Source of the DNA: Gemmatimonadales bacterium
GTDB taxonomy: Bacteria; Gemmatimonadota; Gemmatimonadetes; Gemmatimonadales; GWC2-71-9
Direction of reading: 5' to 3'
DNA: 33,563 nt
NCBI GenBank assembly: GCA_041615815.1
Contig: JBFJCP010000039.1
Span: forward strand, 1-33,563
Notes under the pieces: generated by a model
Told to the model about the DNA's origin: nothing
What the model saw: only the letters and a program-made list of their open reading frames with translations
Databases searched by the model: none
Part shown: positions 9,147-18,885 of the stretch, in pieces
Layout of the letters: each line of letters opens with the position of its first letter
How positions within the stretch are numbered: position 1 is the first letter of the stretch
Program-made: the position numbers and the translations under genes

Positions 9147-9608
9147 ATGCCCGTAACCGCCAAGCTATCCCGGAAGTTCTACGAGACCTTCGGGGATGAG
9201 ATCGCCAACGAGCTCGTGGACTGGTTCAATCAGGTGGACGCAACGTATCGAGGCGATCTTCGTGAGCTGAACGAGCTCAACTTCGCGCGTTTCGACGCCA
9301 AGCTCGAACAGCGGTGGGCACAGCTCGATGCCAAATTGGAGCAACGGGCCGCAGCGCTGGACCTCAAGATCGACCAGAGTGTGGCAATTCTGGAAGCCAA
9401 GCTGCAGCAGGGCCTGACCGCGCTGGACGCCAAGATCGAGCAGCGGACGAGCGCGCTGGATGCGAAGATCGAGCAACGGACGGCGGAGCTGCGCGTCGAG
9501 CTGGCCAAGCAGAAGACCGAGCTGATCCGGTGGATGGTGGGACTGTGGTTAGCTACGCTCGTGCCGTTGGGCGGCCTCATCGTGGGGCTGTTCGTCGCGT
9601 TCCACTGA
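9147..9608 (+). CDS. DUF1640/CCDC90-like coiled-coil protein with six 11-residue repeats and a C-terminal TM anchor
   Basis: Head MPVTAKLSRKFYETFGDEIANELVDWFN; (L/F)DAK(L/I)EQRxxx repeats; KTELIRWMVGLW plus TM, typical of this family. Confidence 0.85.
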   Translation: MPVTAKLSRKFYETFGDEIANELVDWFNQVDATYRGDLRELNELNFARFDAKLEQRWAQLDAKLEQRAAALDLKIDQSVAILEAKLQQGLTALDAKIEQRTSALDAKIEQRTAELRVELAKQKTELIRWMVGLWLATLVPLGGLIVGLFVAFH

Positions 9609-9623
9609 CCCTCTCGCTCCCCC

Positions 9624-10499
9624 CTACCGCACCACCCCCTCGAACACCATCCGGCCCTCCTGTACCGTGAGATTGGTGATCTCGGCGTACTCGCGGCCCT
9701 GCAGCATCAGCGACGCCACGAGCCGGCCCAAGAGATCGAACGCGAACGCGGGAGCGGGAATGCGCCCGAGCCGTCCCTTCACGAAATCCAGCTCCAGCTC
9801 GCCACTCCGTGCGCTCGGTGCGAACACCACGAGCGCGGGTTGCTTCCAACGCCACGCCTGCACGTATCCCGCGGCCACGATCTCGCCATTGCCGGTGAAC
9901 TGCACCTGCACGTCACCGGTGCGTAACTCGGGATCGAAGAACCCCGCGATCTTTTGCCCGAACGTACGGGACTCCTTTCTTGCCGCTTCCCGCTCGCGCA
10001 GCAACGCCCGCAAACCCTCGATGTCGTTCACCCGCTGGAACTCCTCCGGTGGCACGGAATCCATGGCCCGCATGAGCTCCGGCATCATGAGACCCAGACT
10101 GAGCGCCGAGGTGGCCTCGGTTTCGGTCACCGTGATCCGAAGACGGCGTGTGTTGGGTGCGCTCTGTATCGCCGCCGCGGTACGCCGGACGAACCGCTCC
10201 GCCGCATCCTTGGTGGGCCGGACCGGCTCGCCGTATTCGGCCGTGAGCTTCTGGAGATCGACGCTGGCGGACCACGTGAGGATCGACAACGCGGCGATCA
10301 GGAGACCGATGCCGAAGAAGAGAAACTTCTTGAGGCCAAACCGCGGAAATCGGAATATCGAGCCGAACAGCCCACGAAAGACGAACGCGAGACAGCCGGC
10401 CTTGGACACGTTCTGGAGCGCGGCGCGGCCCTTGGCCAACGCCTCCTCCATCTGCTTCTGCTGTTCCGGGGTGAGTTCCTGGCGGGGCTCGTCGGTCAT
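9624..10499 (-). CDS. Membrane-anchored hypothetical protein, possibly LmeA/DUF2993/YpmS-like
   Basis: N-terminal TM segment; ITVTETEA...VQVQF...GRLGRIPAP...ITNLTVQEGRMVFEG pattern; family call tentative. Confidence 0.7.
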   Translation of the reverse strand: MTDEPRQELTPEQQKQMEEALAKGRAALQNVSKAGCLAFVFRGLFGSIFRFPRFGLKKFLFFGIGLLIAALSILTWSASVDLQKLTAEYGEPVRPTKDAAERFVRRTAAAIQSAPNTRRLRITVTETEATSALSLGLMMPELMRAMDSVPPEEFQRVNDIEGLRALLREREAARKESRTFGQKIAGFFDPELRTGDVQVQFTGNGEIVAAGYVQAWRWKQPALVVFAPSARSGELELDFVKGRLGRIPAPAFAFDLLGRLVASLMLQGREYAEITNLTVQEGRMVFEGVVR

Positions 10500-10739
10500 G
10501 CGTGCTCGGCGTGAACGTTGGCGGATGGATAGCTGACGGGCGCCATTAGTGGCGACCGGCCACACGACCCGTGCGCCACATGGCTCCGCAATGGTACAGC
10601 GATGGGACCGAAGAGGGAAACTACACGATGGCCCGGAGTGCGCGTGGCTCTAGCGAGGCGCGATGCCGTGAGCTATCCGAGCCCGTTTTCGTCATCCGCG
10701 GTTTGTGCCTATCCTGCTCCCCGCCCCCTGCTCCCCTAC

Positions 10740-11312
10740 TCAATGCCAGGTCAGTCCCAGCGTAAACAGCAACAGCGAGTTCGTGTTCGGAACGTTGTCC
10801 AGGAACGCGATGTTGCCACCGTCGAACACCTGAAAGACCCAGTCCGCGTTCGGGGTCAGATAGATGTTGCGGCCGAGACGGATATCGAAACCGAGCCCCG
10901 CCGTGGTTCCCAACCCTCCTTGTGCTTCCACCCGCGTGCTGAAGCCCTCCGTCACCACCCGCGACACGGAGGCGCCGCCCACACCGCCCTTGAGGAAGAA
11001 ACCGCCGTTCTCACTCGGGAAGAACATGATGATGAACATGCCATTACCACGTGAGACGACCTCGTCACTCTGCGCGGCTCCCCACCCCACGCCCTCTCCC
11101 CCCACCAACACCCGCTGACTCGGCGTTCCGCCCAACCGAAAGTAGCCCCCTCCGCCCACGAGGTTCTCGTTGTCCAATCCCTGGCTGAGGTTCACGCCGC
11201 CCCCGAACCCGAAGCCGATCCAAAACCCCTTGTGCTCGTGCCGGTCCTGCGCAATCGCCGTACTCTGTAGCATCAGCAAACAGACGGCGGCAAGTGAGAT
11301 AGTCCTGATCAT
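10740..11312 (-). CDS. Outer-membrane beta-barrel protein (8-stranded type)
   Basis: Signal peptide, alternating Gly/aromatic strands, C-terminal LGLTWH; GGAGG SD. Confidence 0.85.
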   Translation of the reverse strand: MIRTISLAAVCLLMLQSTAIAQDRHEHKGFWIGFGFGGGVNLSQGLDNENLVGGGGYFRLGGTPSQRVLVGGEGVGWGAAQSDEVVSRGNGMFIIMFFPSENGGFFLKGGVGGASVSRVVTEGFSTRVEAQGGLGTTAGLGFDIRLGRNIYLTPNADWVFQVFDGGNIAFLDNVPNTNSLLLFTLGLTWH

Positions 11313-11442
11313 GGTTCGCCTCCAAAGCTCGGCCGCGCCACGATGGCACCGCGGATCGGCAATGGATGGCCCGTGATGGATGAAGAGTCGTTGAGGTAAG
11401 CGTGAGGTTTTCCCTCAGGCACGACTGGTAGAGACACAAGGC

Positions 11443-11470
11443 CCCCCTCTCCGCCGGAGCAGAGAAGGGG
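11443..11470 (-). terminator. Probable terminator hairpin after the amidohydrolase operon
   Basis: Minus strand CCCCUUCUCUGC-UCCG-GCGGAGAGGGGG, 12-bp stem with G-U pairs about 35 nt past the stop; weak U-tract. Confidence 0.5.
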
Positions 11471-11504
11471 ACCGGATCAGCCTTCGATGTTTGTGACGGT
11501 CGCG

Positions 11505-12917
11505 TTACGGCACCCGCGTCGTGGTCGTCACCGGCACGGCCTTCTGCGGCCGGCTCTGATGCTTCTCCCACAACTCCTTGTGTTTGTTCTGGGTGTCCAC
11601 CGGGATTCCGTCGATGAACAGATACTGGATCTGGGTGGTGATCTCGAGCGGGTCCCCGTTGGTCACGATCAGATTGCCGATCTTGCCGGGCTCCACGGTG
11701 CCCAGCCGATCCGCGACACCCAGGATCTCCGCCGAATTGATGGTGACGGCCTTCAACGCCTCGTCCTTGGGGAGCCCGAACGGGACGGTGTTGGCCGCCT
11801 CGTACGGCAGGGTCCGCGAGTCGGACGAGTTGAACGTGCCGAAGGCGATCTTGATACCGGCTGCATGCAGCTCGCCCGCCAGCGAGAACGGATCCGAATA
11901 GGGGTCGTCCTCCTCGCGTGGCATGGACTGCGAGGGACCCAGGATCACGGGGATCCCCTTTTCCGCCAGCGTTCCTTTGACCTCGCGTGCATCCCGCGCG
12001 GACGCGATGATCAATTTGAGGTCGTACCGCTCGGCGAGGTCCATCGCGCCTTCGATCGCGCGCTTGTCGTTGGCCACGACGATGACCGGCAACTCACCGC
12101 CGATCACGCGCGACAGGTGCTCGAGCTGGAGATCGCGCTGGAACTTCGCGCGGTCTCCCCGCGTGGTGGCCTGCTTGTAGTGCCGCGCGCCGTCGAGCCA
12201 GTCCTCGAGCTTCTGAACCTGCTCGTCGTATTCCTTCTTGGCCTCGGTGAACGGCTTCTCCTTCACCGAGAAGGTGGCGAAGTCGAAGGTCCGGGTCTGA
12301 ATGCCGGGCCACTGAATGACCATGCCGGCGGTTGGCTCGATGGCCATGTCCTCCACGGTCCAGCCGTCCAAGTGAATCATCGTGGCCTGGCCGGCGATCC
12401 CGCCGGAGTTTCCGCCGCCAAAAAACCCACCGCCACCACTCCCAGGAGCCGTGAGCGCATGGGTGATCCCGTTGGCACGGGCCACGGGGATGTGCTCGCT
12501 GGACGGGTGAATGGCCGTGTACGCGCTGAGATGCGAGTTCCAGTTCCCCAGCTCACTCGCATCCTGCGTGGCGGAGACGGCTCCGATCTCGGTGAGCCCG
12601 AGCCGGCTGAAGGCATCCACCAGCCCTGGATACACGTGGAGACCCGTGGCCTCGATCACCGAGGCGCCAGCCGGCACGTTGACGCTGGTACCCACTTCGC
12701 GGATCAACCCGTCCCGAATCACCACGGTGGCATTCGGAATCGTCTGGCCCGACAGGGTGTGCACGGTGGCACCCTGAATGGCATAGCTGACGGCCGGCTC
12801 GACCCGCGGGTCGTGCTGCGCCAGCGCATCGGCGGACGGCACGGCCGTCACTGCCAGGGCCGCGAGCGCCAGCGCCGGCGTGGTTCCCGCCGGCAGGAAC
12901 TTCTGTATCGCGTTCAT
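11505..12917 (-). CDS. Secreted amidohydrolase-family protein (imidazolonepropionase-like), metal ligands degenerate
   Basis: Signal peptide; VYPGLVDAFSR (no HxH), EALKAVTINSAEILG, GTVEPGK; 4-bp overlap with upstream gene. Confidence 0.88.
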   Translation of the reverse strand: MNAIQKFLPAGTTPALALAALAVTAVPSADALAQHDPRVEPAVSYAIQGATVHTLSGQTIPNATVVIRDGLIREVGTSVNVPAGASVIEATGLHVYPGLVDAFSRLGLTEIGAVSATQDASELGNWNSHLSAYTAIHPSSEHIPVARANGITHALTAPGSGGGGFFGGGNSGGIAGQATMIHLDGWTVEDMAIEPTAGMVIQWPGIQTRTFDFATFSVKEKPFTEAKKEYDEQVQKLEDWLDGARHYKQATTRGDRAKFQRDLQLEHLSRVIGGELPVIVVANDKRAIEGAMDLAERYDLKLIIASARDAREVKGTLAEKGIPVILGPSQSMPREEDDPYSDPFSLAGELHAAGIKIAFGTFNSSDSRTLPYEAANTVPFGLPKDEALKAVTINSAEILGVADRLGTVEPGKIGNLIVTNGDPLEITTQIQYLFIDGIPVDTQNKHKELWEKHQSRPQKAVPVTTTTRVP

Positions 12918-15900
12918 GATTGACCTCGCTCGTTCGAACCGGCGCCCCGATCGTTCGACTCGCCGAGTTTGCCTTTCAGTTCGTCTTTCTCACCGGTGAT
13001 GCGGTCCTGCCGCTCGCGATCCCGCTCGATGTCGAAGACCACGCGGCCGTCCACGATCGTGGTGAGCGTCTTGGCATACGACGAGAGCGGATGGTTCTCC
13101 CAGACCACCAGGTCCGCATCCTTGCCGACCTCGATCGAGCCCACCCGGTCGTCGATCCGGAGCTGCTTGGCCGGATTGATGGTGACCAGGGACAACGCCT
13201 CGGTCTCGCTGAGACCGCCCCACTTCATGGTCTTTCCGGCCTCCTGATTGAGGTGCCGGGCTTCTTCCGGGCTGTCGGAGTTGATCGACACGAGCACGCC
13301 TCGCTGCGTCATGAGCGCGGCGTTGTACGGAATGGCATCGTACGCTTCCACCTTGTACGCCCACCAGTCCGAGAACGTGGAGGCACCGGCCCCGTGTGCG
13401 GCGATCTCGTCCGCCACCTTGTATCCCTCGAGCACGTGTTGGAAGGCGGTGATCTTGAAGCCGAATTCCTCCGCCAATCGCATGAGCTGGAGAATCTCGT
13501 CCGCGCGATAGCTGTGCGCGTGCACGAGCCGCGTCCCTTCCATGATCTCGACCAGGGGGTCGAGCTTCAGGTCGCGCGCCGGCGGGACCAGATTGCGCTC
13601 ACCGGCTCGCTGCCGGCGCTCGAACTCGTCCCACTTCTGTTTGTACTCGCGGGCATCCAGGAACGCGCGACGAATCACATCCATCACACCCATGCGGGTG
13701 TTCGGATAGCGGCGCTCGGTGCCGGGTCCGAGGTTGAAGTTGGAGCGCTTGGGATTCTCGCCAAGAGCGAACTTGATCGTGGGTGGCGCGCCTTGGAATC
13801 GGAGTCCCTCGGCGTCCTGGCCCCACCGGTGCTTGATGATGGCGTTCTGACCACCGATGGGATTGGCGCTCCCGTGCATCACGTGCGAGGTGGTCACCCC
13901 GCCAGCGGCTTCGCGATAGATGTTGATGTCGCTGGGGTCCACCACGTCCTCGATCCGCACCATGGAGGACACGGCAATGCTGCCCTCGTTCACGGCGTCG
14001 GTGGCGATGTGGGAGTGGGCGTCGACGATGCCGGGCGTCACGTACTTCCCGGAAGCGTCGATCACCGTGGCGCCACCCGGCACGCGCACGTCCGTCCCCA
14101 CCGCGGTGATCTTGCCGTCCCGCACGAGCACCGTACCGCCGGTGATCGTCCCGCGCGTCACGGTCATGATCGTGACGTTCGTGATCGCGAGGGTGGGAGG
14201 TGGTGCATCCCAATTCACCATGGCATGCATGGGACCCGCCGCGCGCGGTGGCATGGCGGCGGTGCGGGCAGCCGGGGTCGGCGTGTCCGGTTGTGCCTCC
14301 GGGGCCGCGGCTACCGCGGGTGCGGCGCCGGCGGTCTTCGCGGCCGTGAACTCACTCGAGAACCGGCCGAACGAGACGGAGCCCTCCATCTCGTCGCCTT
14401 CGATGGTTCCCGTGTAGGACGCCTGGACGGAGCGGCCGCCCATGGTCATCTGGACGGTGAAGTTGAAGCGGGTCCCGCTCACCCATCCTTCGGTGATGCT
14501 GCCCTCGCCCCGCTCACCGCGCACCTTGCCGGAGAGCGTACCGTCCGTCTCCATCGTCAGCTCCGCGGTGGACTCCTGCGTGCCGCGGGGTGTTTGCACG
14601 GTCACCGTCCAGCTCCCGGTCACGTCCGTCGCCGGGGCCTCGGTGGGACGGCCGGCCTCGCGCTTCTCGTACTTCCGGCCGTCCACGAAGACCATCTTCA
14701 CCTTCGTCTTTTCCTCGAACAGATCGCCGTCCGCCACGGTGAGGTTGGCGAGCTTGCCGCGTTCGATGCTGCCCAGGCGATCCGAGACGCCGTAGACCTG
14801 CGCGGCACCCAGTGTGAGCGCGCGGAGCGCGGCGTCCTGTGGCAGTCCTTCGTCGATCGCCTTTTTCACGTTTTGCAGCGCCTCGCGTGGAGTCGCGATC
14901 CCGCCTGAGTAGAACGCGAACCGAACACCGGCGTCGTGGAACGCCTTGGGCGTCGACGGGGCCCACGCGCGCTTCCGAAGCGACCGGAGCGATTCCTCGG
15001 ACTCGGGATCCGCGTCTTTTGACCGTTCGGGCCACTCGAGGCTCACCAGCACGGTCGTGCCGGCAGAGGCCAGCTCGCTCGCCAGCTCGTAACCTTCGTG
15101 CGCGCCGTAGATCGTGGTGCGCACGCCGATCTTTTGGCCCAGCTCCATGGCGCGGCGAATCTCCCGCTCCTCGACGGCGGGGATGAGGACCGGCCACTGC
15201 TCCGCGATCGCGCGGCGGAGCGGATCCAGCGTGCGATCGTAGGCCGGTCTGTCCATGCCGGCCGGCCGCGCCTGGTCCGCCGCGAGCGCCTGACCGTAGC
15301 GGTTGGCATCGAGGAACACCTGCTCGATATAGGAGATCACGCCAAACAGAGAGCCGGGATAGCTCCGAAAGCCTCCCACGCCCTCGAGATTGAGACGCAT
15401 GGCGGCAGGTGTGCGGACCACCATCTCCTGTGGGTTGTCATCGCGCAGGTTGATCACCGCTCCCTGCCCGGTGACGATGCCACTCGCGGGGACCGTCATG
15501 ACGCTGGTGAAGCCTCCCGCCCGCCAGGTCTCGATCCGAGAATCGTCCGTGGTGAGCCCATCCGCGGCAGTGCGCCACGAGAACGTGGCGGGGCGATCTT
15601 CGGGACCGTCGGCTGATGGGGCGTTTCCGCCTGGCCGCCCTCCCGCGCCCGGCCGCGCACCGTTCTGTCCGTTCTCCTCGCTCGTTAGGGCCACGTCGGA
15701 GAGCGCGTCGATCAGTCCGGGATAGACGGTGAGTCCTTCACCGTCGATCACCCAGGCCTCGGGTGGGATCGTCACGTTGGTGCCCACCGCCTGAATGACG
15801 CCGTTGGCGATCACCACGGTGCCCCGCTCGATGACGGGACCCGAGACGGTGACGATTCTGGCGTTCGTGATGGCGTAGTACGGTGGCGGGCTGGGTTCGT

Positions 15901-16006
15901 CGTTGGGCGCCTGGGCATGGATGCCCGAAGGCAGCGCGACGAACGCCGTGAGGACGAGAAGCCACAGCAGTATCGATGGCCTCCCGGAAGGGGAAGAGTA
16001 CCTCAT
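12914..16006 (-). CDS. Secreted tandem double amidohydrolase-domain protein (start 16006 or 16015)
   Basis: Domain 1 PGLIDALSD...GSIERGKLANL; small beta linker domain; domain 2 PGIVDAHSH, HAHSYRADE, QHVLEG, INSDS, GSIEVGKDADL. Confidence 0.9.
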   Translation of the reverse strand: MRYSSPSGRPSILLWLLVLTAFVALPSGIHAQAPNDEPSPPPYYAITNARIVTVSGPVIERGTVVIANGVIQAVGTNVTIPPEAWVIDGEGLTVYPGLIDALSDVALTSEENGQNGARPGAGGRPGGNAPSADGPEDRPATFSWRTAADGLTTDDSRIETWRAGGFTSVMTVPASGIVTGQGAVINLRDDNPQEMVVRTPAAMRLNLEGVGGFRSYPGSLFGVISYIEQVFLDANRYGQALAADQARPAGMDRPAYDRTLDPLRRAIAEQWPVLIPAVEEREIRRAMELGQKIGVRTTIYGAHEGYELASELASAGTTVLVSLEWPERSKDADPESEESLRSLRKRAWAPSTPKAFHDAGVRFAFYSGGIATPREALQNVKKAIDEGLPQDAALRALTLGAAQVYGVSDRLGSIERGKLANLTVADGDLFEEKTKVKMVFVDGRKYEKREAGRPTEAPATDVTGSWTVTVQTPRGTQESTAELTMETDGTLSGKVRGERGEGSITEGWVSGTRFNFTVQMTMGGRSVQASYTGTIEGDEMEGSVSFGRFSSEFTAAKTAGAAPAVAAAPEAQPDTPTPAARTAAMPPRAAGPMHAMVNWDAPPPTLAITNVTIMTVTRGTITGGTVLVRDGKITAVGTDVRVPGGATVIDASGKYVTPGIVDAHSHIATDAVNEGSIAVSSMVRIEDVVDPSDINIYREAAGGVTTSHVMHGSANPIGGQNAIIKHRWGQDAEGLRFQGAPPTIKFALGENPKRSNFNLGPGTERRYPNTRMGVMDVIRRAFLDAREYKQKWDEFERRQRAGERNLVPPARDLKLDPLVEIMEGTRLVHAHSYRADEILQLMRLAEEFGFKITAFQHVLEGYKVADEIAAHGAGASTFSDWWAYKVEAYDAIPYNAALMTQRGVLVSINSDSPEEARHLNQEAGKTMKWGGLSETEALSLVTINPAKQLRIDDRVGSIEVGKDADLVVWENHPLSSYAKTLTTIVDGRVVFDIERDRERQDRITGEKDELKGKLGESNDRGAGSNERGQS

Positions 16007-16046
16007 CGGTTCCATCCGCTGTTGAGTTGTGTGAGTCGAGGGTCTC

Positions 16047-16086
16047 GAGGGCGCTGCGCCAGGCGCAACGCCCTCATTGAAATCTA
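16047..16086 (-). promoter_or_regulatory. -10-like TAGATT followed by a strong 5'-UTR hairpin of the amidohydrolase operon
   Basis: Minus strand TAGATT-tcaat-GAGGGCGUUGCGC-CUG-GCGCAGCGCCCUC; fully paired (one U-G) only on the minus strand. Confidence 0.5.
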
Positions 16087-16182
16087 CGCACTCCCCTCGT
16101 CTGATGTTGAGGGTGAGCATCTCTCAGTGTCATCCGCCCGATCTCCGCCGGCAACTGGCGTCGCGTCGAGGCGACACTGTCG

Positions 16183-16662
16183 TTACTCGGGTGTCGGTCC
16201 CTTCTCGAGCTTAGCGATCGCCAGCTTGAGCTGGGCGACCTCGCCATCCAGCTTGGCGAGCCGCGCGGCCACTTCCTCGCGGGCCAGGCCGCCCGTCGCG
16301 TACTCGACGATGCGCACGCCCGCCCCCGCCTGCATGGGCCCGCCCACCACCTGGGCGGTTTCCCCCGCGATGACGTGAATCCCGCGCTTCACCAGCGTCT
16401 CCATGCCGGCCCCCTCCAGCCGCACGTCGTAGAGTCCCACCGGTACCGTGAAACTCACGGTGCTGTTGATCGGCGATTCCTGCTGGCGGAAGACGGTCCC
16501 GTCTTTGATCACCGATACCATGACGGGTGTTTCGCGCAGCGCCTCGTACGACGCTTGGGCGAGACCAACGCGAATGTTGAGATTCTTCTGGGCGACCGCG
16601 GTGACGGGAAGTGCGAGGCTCGCGCCGAGCACGAGGGTCGAAATGTTACGGATGGTACGCAC
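16183..16662 (-). CDS. Exported protein with carboxypeptidase-regulatory-like (transthyretin-like) domain and C-terminal coiled coil
   Basis: GGAGG SD plus GTG; signal peptide; VPVGLYDVRLEGAG motif; heptad tail. Confidence 0.75.
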   Translation of the reverse strand: MRTIRNISTLVLGASLALPVTAVAQKNLNIRVGLAQASYEALRETPVMVSVIKDGTVFRQQESPINSTVSFTVPVGLYDVRLEGAGMETLVKRGIHVIAGETAQVVGGPMQAGAGVRIVEYATGGLAREEVAARLAKLDGEVAQLKLAIAKLEKGPTPE

Positions 16663-16864
16663 GAAAACCTCCGGTTGTGTCGGGAACGCGCTCTGGGCGC
16701 GCCGATCAGGCATACGCAGCACTCGAAGTGGTTCTATACCTCCACCCCATTCCAACTGCATACTTCGCTCGCACGATCCGCTGCCGGTCTCGGGGATGTC
16801 TCCTCCGCGCCGATTCGTTCGCGCGACGGGACGAACGACCGGGAGTGTGCATTCCTTAATAGGG

Positions 16865-17764
16865 TCACGGCGCTGCCGTGACCACCCGGCCCGTGAGCTC
16901 GCGGACCAGATGGTCGATCGCCACCTGCCACACGAGCGGCCGGCCCGACAGGTCGTCGCGACGGCTCGTGCGTAGGTTCTCGACGTCCTGATCGGTGATC
17001 AGGACTTGGCCGCCCTCGGAGGCGAGCACGAGGCTCGTGCGCCGCGGCAGCATACCCTCGGCGCCGATCCTCACGGCGCGGCCGTTCCGATCCACGAGCG
17101 CCCCCGTGAGTTGTAAGACGCTGACCGGTGCATCGAGCGAAGTGAGCCAGGGAAGCCCCACCGCGTAGCCGGTGCCCAACTGCACTTCCTTGCTGCCCCG
17201 GAAGTTCGTCTGCCGAGTCCAGTACTGACTGACTTCGACCGTCAGGAGGAGCGCGTGGGACGCGTTGGCACCGTCCAGCACGCCGCCTAGCCACTGGGTC
17301 CACCGCTCCGTGGGCCGCGCAACGGACAAATGGAGCTTGGGATTTCGGACATCGAATGCCTGGTCACGCTCGCAGTCACCCGTGGCGTCCGTCTCACAGC
17401 CGAACCGAACGTCCGGCGGCCGGCTCGGCGGTGATCCCGTAACCCGCAACGGTACCGTTGCCCCCAACGATTCGAGGTACGCGTTCATCTCGGCCAAAAG
17501 TCCTGCAATGGAGCTACTCGGATCTCCTTCGGGATCGAACATGGCGTCGTGCATGGCCCCGCGTTGATACGCGACCGGTAGGTGTCCGATCCGTGCCGTG
17601 TTCGGCGCGATGCTTCCCGCGTAGTACGGCGGGCGCTCCACCAGCCGATCGCCAACGCCGCTCCCGACGGTCGACCCCGCACAGCCGACGGTCACACCGG
17701 CCAGGCCGACGATGGCAGCGCGATGCGTGAGCGCCCAATCTCGCGATCTATGCGCCGATCTCAC
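16865..17764 (-). CDS. Hypothetical lipoprotein
   Basis: Hydrophobic stretch ending VTVG-C; protein-like sequence; overlaps the end of the dehydrogenase gene; start uncertain. Confidence 0.7.
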   Translation of the reverse strand: MRSAHRSRDWALTHRAAIVGLAGVTVGCAGSTVGSGVGDRLVERPPYYAGSIAPNTARIGHLPVAYQRGAMHDAMFDPEGDPSSSIAGLLAEMNAYLESLGATVPLRVTGSPPSRPPDVRFGCETDATGDCERDQAFDVRNPKLHLSVARPTERWTQWLGGVLDGANASHALLLTVEVSQYWTRQTNFRGSKEVQLGTGYAVGLPWLTSLDAPVSVLQLTGALVDRNGRAVRIGAEGMLPRRTSLVLASEGGQVLITDQDVENLRTSRRDDLSGRPLVWQVAIDHLVRELTGRVVTAAP

Positions 17765-18824
17765 TTCCCACCCCGCTCTTCGCCCGCGCGATGCGCTCCT
17801 CGGCCATCCGGTCGGCCGCCTCCGCCGTGCTGATTCCGCGCTCGTCCGCCGTGCGAATGACCTCCAGCGTCTGATCGTAGATCTGCGACACTCGGGCGAG
17901 CATCATCTCGTCGTTCACGTCGCTACCACGCACCTCCTCCTGACACCGGATCAAACCACCCGAGTTGACCAGGAAATCCGGGCCGTACACTATCCCGCGT
18001 TCCTTGAGCATCGTACCGTGCCGCGGCTCGGCGAGGACGTTGTTGGCGGCACCCACGATCCCTGTGCACCGGAATCGCGGGATCGTCTGATCGTTCACGA
18101 CGGCGCCCACGGAACAGGGTACGAACACGTTGCAGTCCACATCGTATATTTGATCTGGTTCTACCACCGTGGCGTCGAATTCCTTGGCCACCTTTTGGAG
18201 TGGCTCCCCCATCACGTCCGTGACCGTCAGCTTGGCTCCCGCCTCGTGACAGTACTTGGCCACGAAGTACCCCACGTGTCCTACTCCCTGAATGGCGAGA
18301 TGCCGTCCGGAGAGCGCGCCATTTCCCGTCGCAGCCTCGAGCACCGCGCGGATCCCCGCCGTGACCCCGTAGGCCGTGGCGAACGACGGATCGCCGGCAC
18401 CACCGGCACTCTTGGGCACACAGGCCACGTGCGGGGTCTCCCGCCTGATCACCGCCATGTCGTTAGAGCCGGTGCCGATGTCCTGGCCGGCGATGTACCG
18501 CCCGCCCATCCCTTCGATGAAGCGACCCAATGCCTCGAGCATTGCCTCGGTCTTTTGCGTAAGCGGATCGCCGATGATCACGGATTTTCCACCACCCAGA
18601 TCCACACCGCTGATGGCTGCCTTGTACGTCATCCCCTTGGCCAGTCGCAGTACGTCCTCCAGGGCCTCGTCGTCCGTGGTGAACGCGCGCATACGCACCC
18701 CGCCCAGGGCAGGGCCCAATGTGGTGTCGTGAATGGCGATGATGGCGCGGAGTCCGGACGGGTTGTCGTTGCAGAAGACCACTTCCTGAAAATCTTCTGC
18801 CGACAGCCGATCGAACATGTCCAT
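17748..18824 (-). CDS. Glu/Leu/Phe/Val dehydrogenase (leucine dehydrogenase type)
   Basis: IAIHDTTLGPALGGVR, LAKGMTYK, GGGKSVI, QGVGHVG, GAANN, PDFLVNSGG; GGAGGAGG SD; TACATT -10-like at 18848-18853. Confidence 0.95.
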   Translation of the reverse strand: MDMFDRLSAEDFQEVVFCNDNPSGLRAIIAIHDTTLGPALGGVRMRAFTTDDEALEDVLRLAKGMTYKAAISGVDLGGGKSVIIGDPLTQKTEAMLEALGRFIEGMGGRYIAGQDIGTGSNDMAVIRRETPHVACVPKSAGGAGDPSFATAYGVTAGIRAVLEAATGNGALSGRHLAIQGVGHVGYFVAKYCHEAGAKLTVTDVMGEPLQKVAKEFDATVVEPDQIYDVDCNVFVPCSVGAVVNDQTIPRFRCTGIVGAANNVLAEPRHGTMLKERGIVYGPDFLVNSGGLIRCQEEVRGSDVNDEMMLARVSQIYDQTLEVIRTADERGISTAEAADRMAEERIARAKSGVGSEIGA

Positions 18825-18885
18825 AGACCCTCCTCCGTGGGTGGGAGAATGTACCGCGGGGGGTGGGGTCTGGTTAGGGAGATAA

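Noticed and set aside
12920..14908. Long antisense ORFs (662 aa here; also 6898-8754, 11487-12923, 17712-18899, 22095-23129)
   Set aside because: Shadow frames of real high-GC genes with no motifs.
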